Below are positions 62,876 to 64,000 of a stretch of 64,000 nt of DNA, piece after piece. The DNA comes from Lama guanicoe. Lineage: Eukaryota. The position numbers were made by a program, and so were the translations under genes. The DNA lies in the NCBI GenBank assembly GCA_013239625.1, contig MU053304.1, positions 1,054,001-1,118,000 on the forward strand, in the 5' to 3' direction. Each line of letters starts with the position of its first letter. The stretch's first letter is position 1. A model generated the notes under the pieces. The model was not told the origin of the DNA and searched no databases. It worked only from the letters and a program-made list of their open reading frames with translations.

Positions 62876-63429
62876 TTTCCTCAGAAGTCCTTTTGATTCA
62901 TCTCCTAGGCCGTCTCTGTTTTCCGGTGCATTTGTTATATCCAGTTCCAAGCTCCCACCACCCACGTTGTCTTCTCCCAAGAACACCACCCAAGTCACTC
63001 CTCTGTAGCCAGTGGCCACTTAGAGGCTTAACCTGATTTTCTTCAGAACTCTCTAACATTTCATTTTGATTACAATGCTCGCTCCTCTCCCTTTCCCTTC
63101 TCTGGCTTCTTGTGGAAGCAGCTTCTTGCATCCTCAAAGATCATCCTTTTCATCCAAAGCATCTTTTAGTATTATCTAAAGTTGTCCTTTTTTCCTTCTG
63201 GTGTATTTTGAAGGCTGTTCAGTTGCATGTACTTGATATTGGATATATTTTGATGAATCTTCTGCAGACTGACTGTTTCTTGTAATGCTAGCCATCAGCT
63301 CAACCTGTTCTGAGTGTTTATAGATTTCTCTTTGATATGTCCTTTTCTAAAAGTGTCTATTTTAAGCCCAATTAAAGAGCTGGCAATCTCCAGCTCTTTA
63401 TTAATGTTCTCCAGTTTCATTTTTCAAGA

Positions 63430-63660
63430 GTTAATTTTTTAGAGCAGTTTAGATTCACAGGAAAATTGAGTGAAAGGTACAGAGATTTCCAATATGGCCC
63501 TCTGGCCCCTCACATGTGCAGCCTTCCCCATAGTCAACACCCCCACCAGAGTGATACCTTTGTTACAGCTGATAAACCTACACTGACACGTCGTTATCAC
63601 CAAAGTCCAGAGTTTACATTAGGGTTCACCCTTGGTGTTGTGCATTCTGTGGGTCTGACA
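63430..63660 (-). mobile_element. L1MD-type 3' fragment
   Basis: tttttagagcagtttagattcacaggaaaattgag...gtacagagatttcc...aacctacactgacac...ttggtgttgtgcattctgtggg. Confidence 0.75.
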
Positions 63661-64000
63661 ATTAATACATTTAATGTAAGTGTTGACATGGTTGGTTTCA
63701 GTCCATCGTCTTGCTGTTTGTTTTCTATTCATCCTATGTGATCTTTGGTCCTGGTTTCCCTTTTCTGTTTTCTTTTGAATGAATCGGTTACGTTGTAGTA
63801 TGCTGTTTCAGCACCTCTATTGGTTTTGCAGCTCCACATTCTTCATTTTCTTTTATTTGAATTATTTTTTTTAGTGGTTGCCTCAGAGATTAAATACAGC
63901 ATGTATGCTTAACTTATCACAGTGTATGTTTAATTAATATTCAGCCAGTTCTAACACGAGAAACTTAGAGCAGGGTAATCACTCCTCTCTTGTCTTTCAC

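Noticed and set aside
1..64000. CRISPR array, operon, viral insert or other novel multi-gene system
   Set aside because: I saw no repeat-spacer arrays, prokaryote-like gene density or gag/pol/env remnants; two known genes plus common mammalian repeats explain the window.

Overview
Mammalian genomic DNA, probably camelid (inference from tRNA-Ala-derived Vic-1-type SINEs, cetartiodactyl-type L1 3' ends, and no recognisable Alu, Bov-A/BovB or PRE-1). Two convergent protein-coding genes are well supported. GPR55 has a single coding exon on + (13306-14265, 319 aa). ITM2C/BRI3 has six coding exons on - (51796 to 39549, 269 aa, all GT-AG introns, CpG-island promoter). The rest is intronic/intergenic DNA rich in L1, L2, MIR, MLT1/ERVL solo LTRs, hAT MERs and SINEs. 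Nearly all other ORFs in the track look like chance GC-rich or antisense frames. I found no credible new biological system. The best second-look items are regulatory: an apparently missing canonical poly(A) signal at the ITM2C 3' end, an odd GPR55 acceptor with uORFs and an in-frame upstream ATG, convergent CTCF motifs, recurrent RFX X-boxes, a fully pairable inverted-MIR stem near ITM2C exon 3, and a three-level nested transposon. Repeat boundaries and subfamily names were recognised by eye and are approximate. Comparisons with human sequences are from memory.
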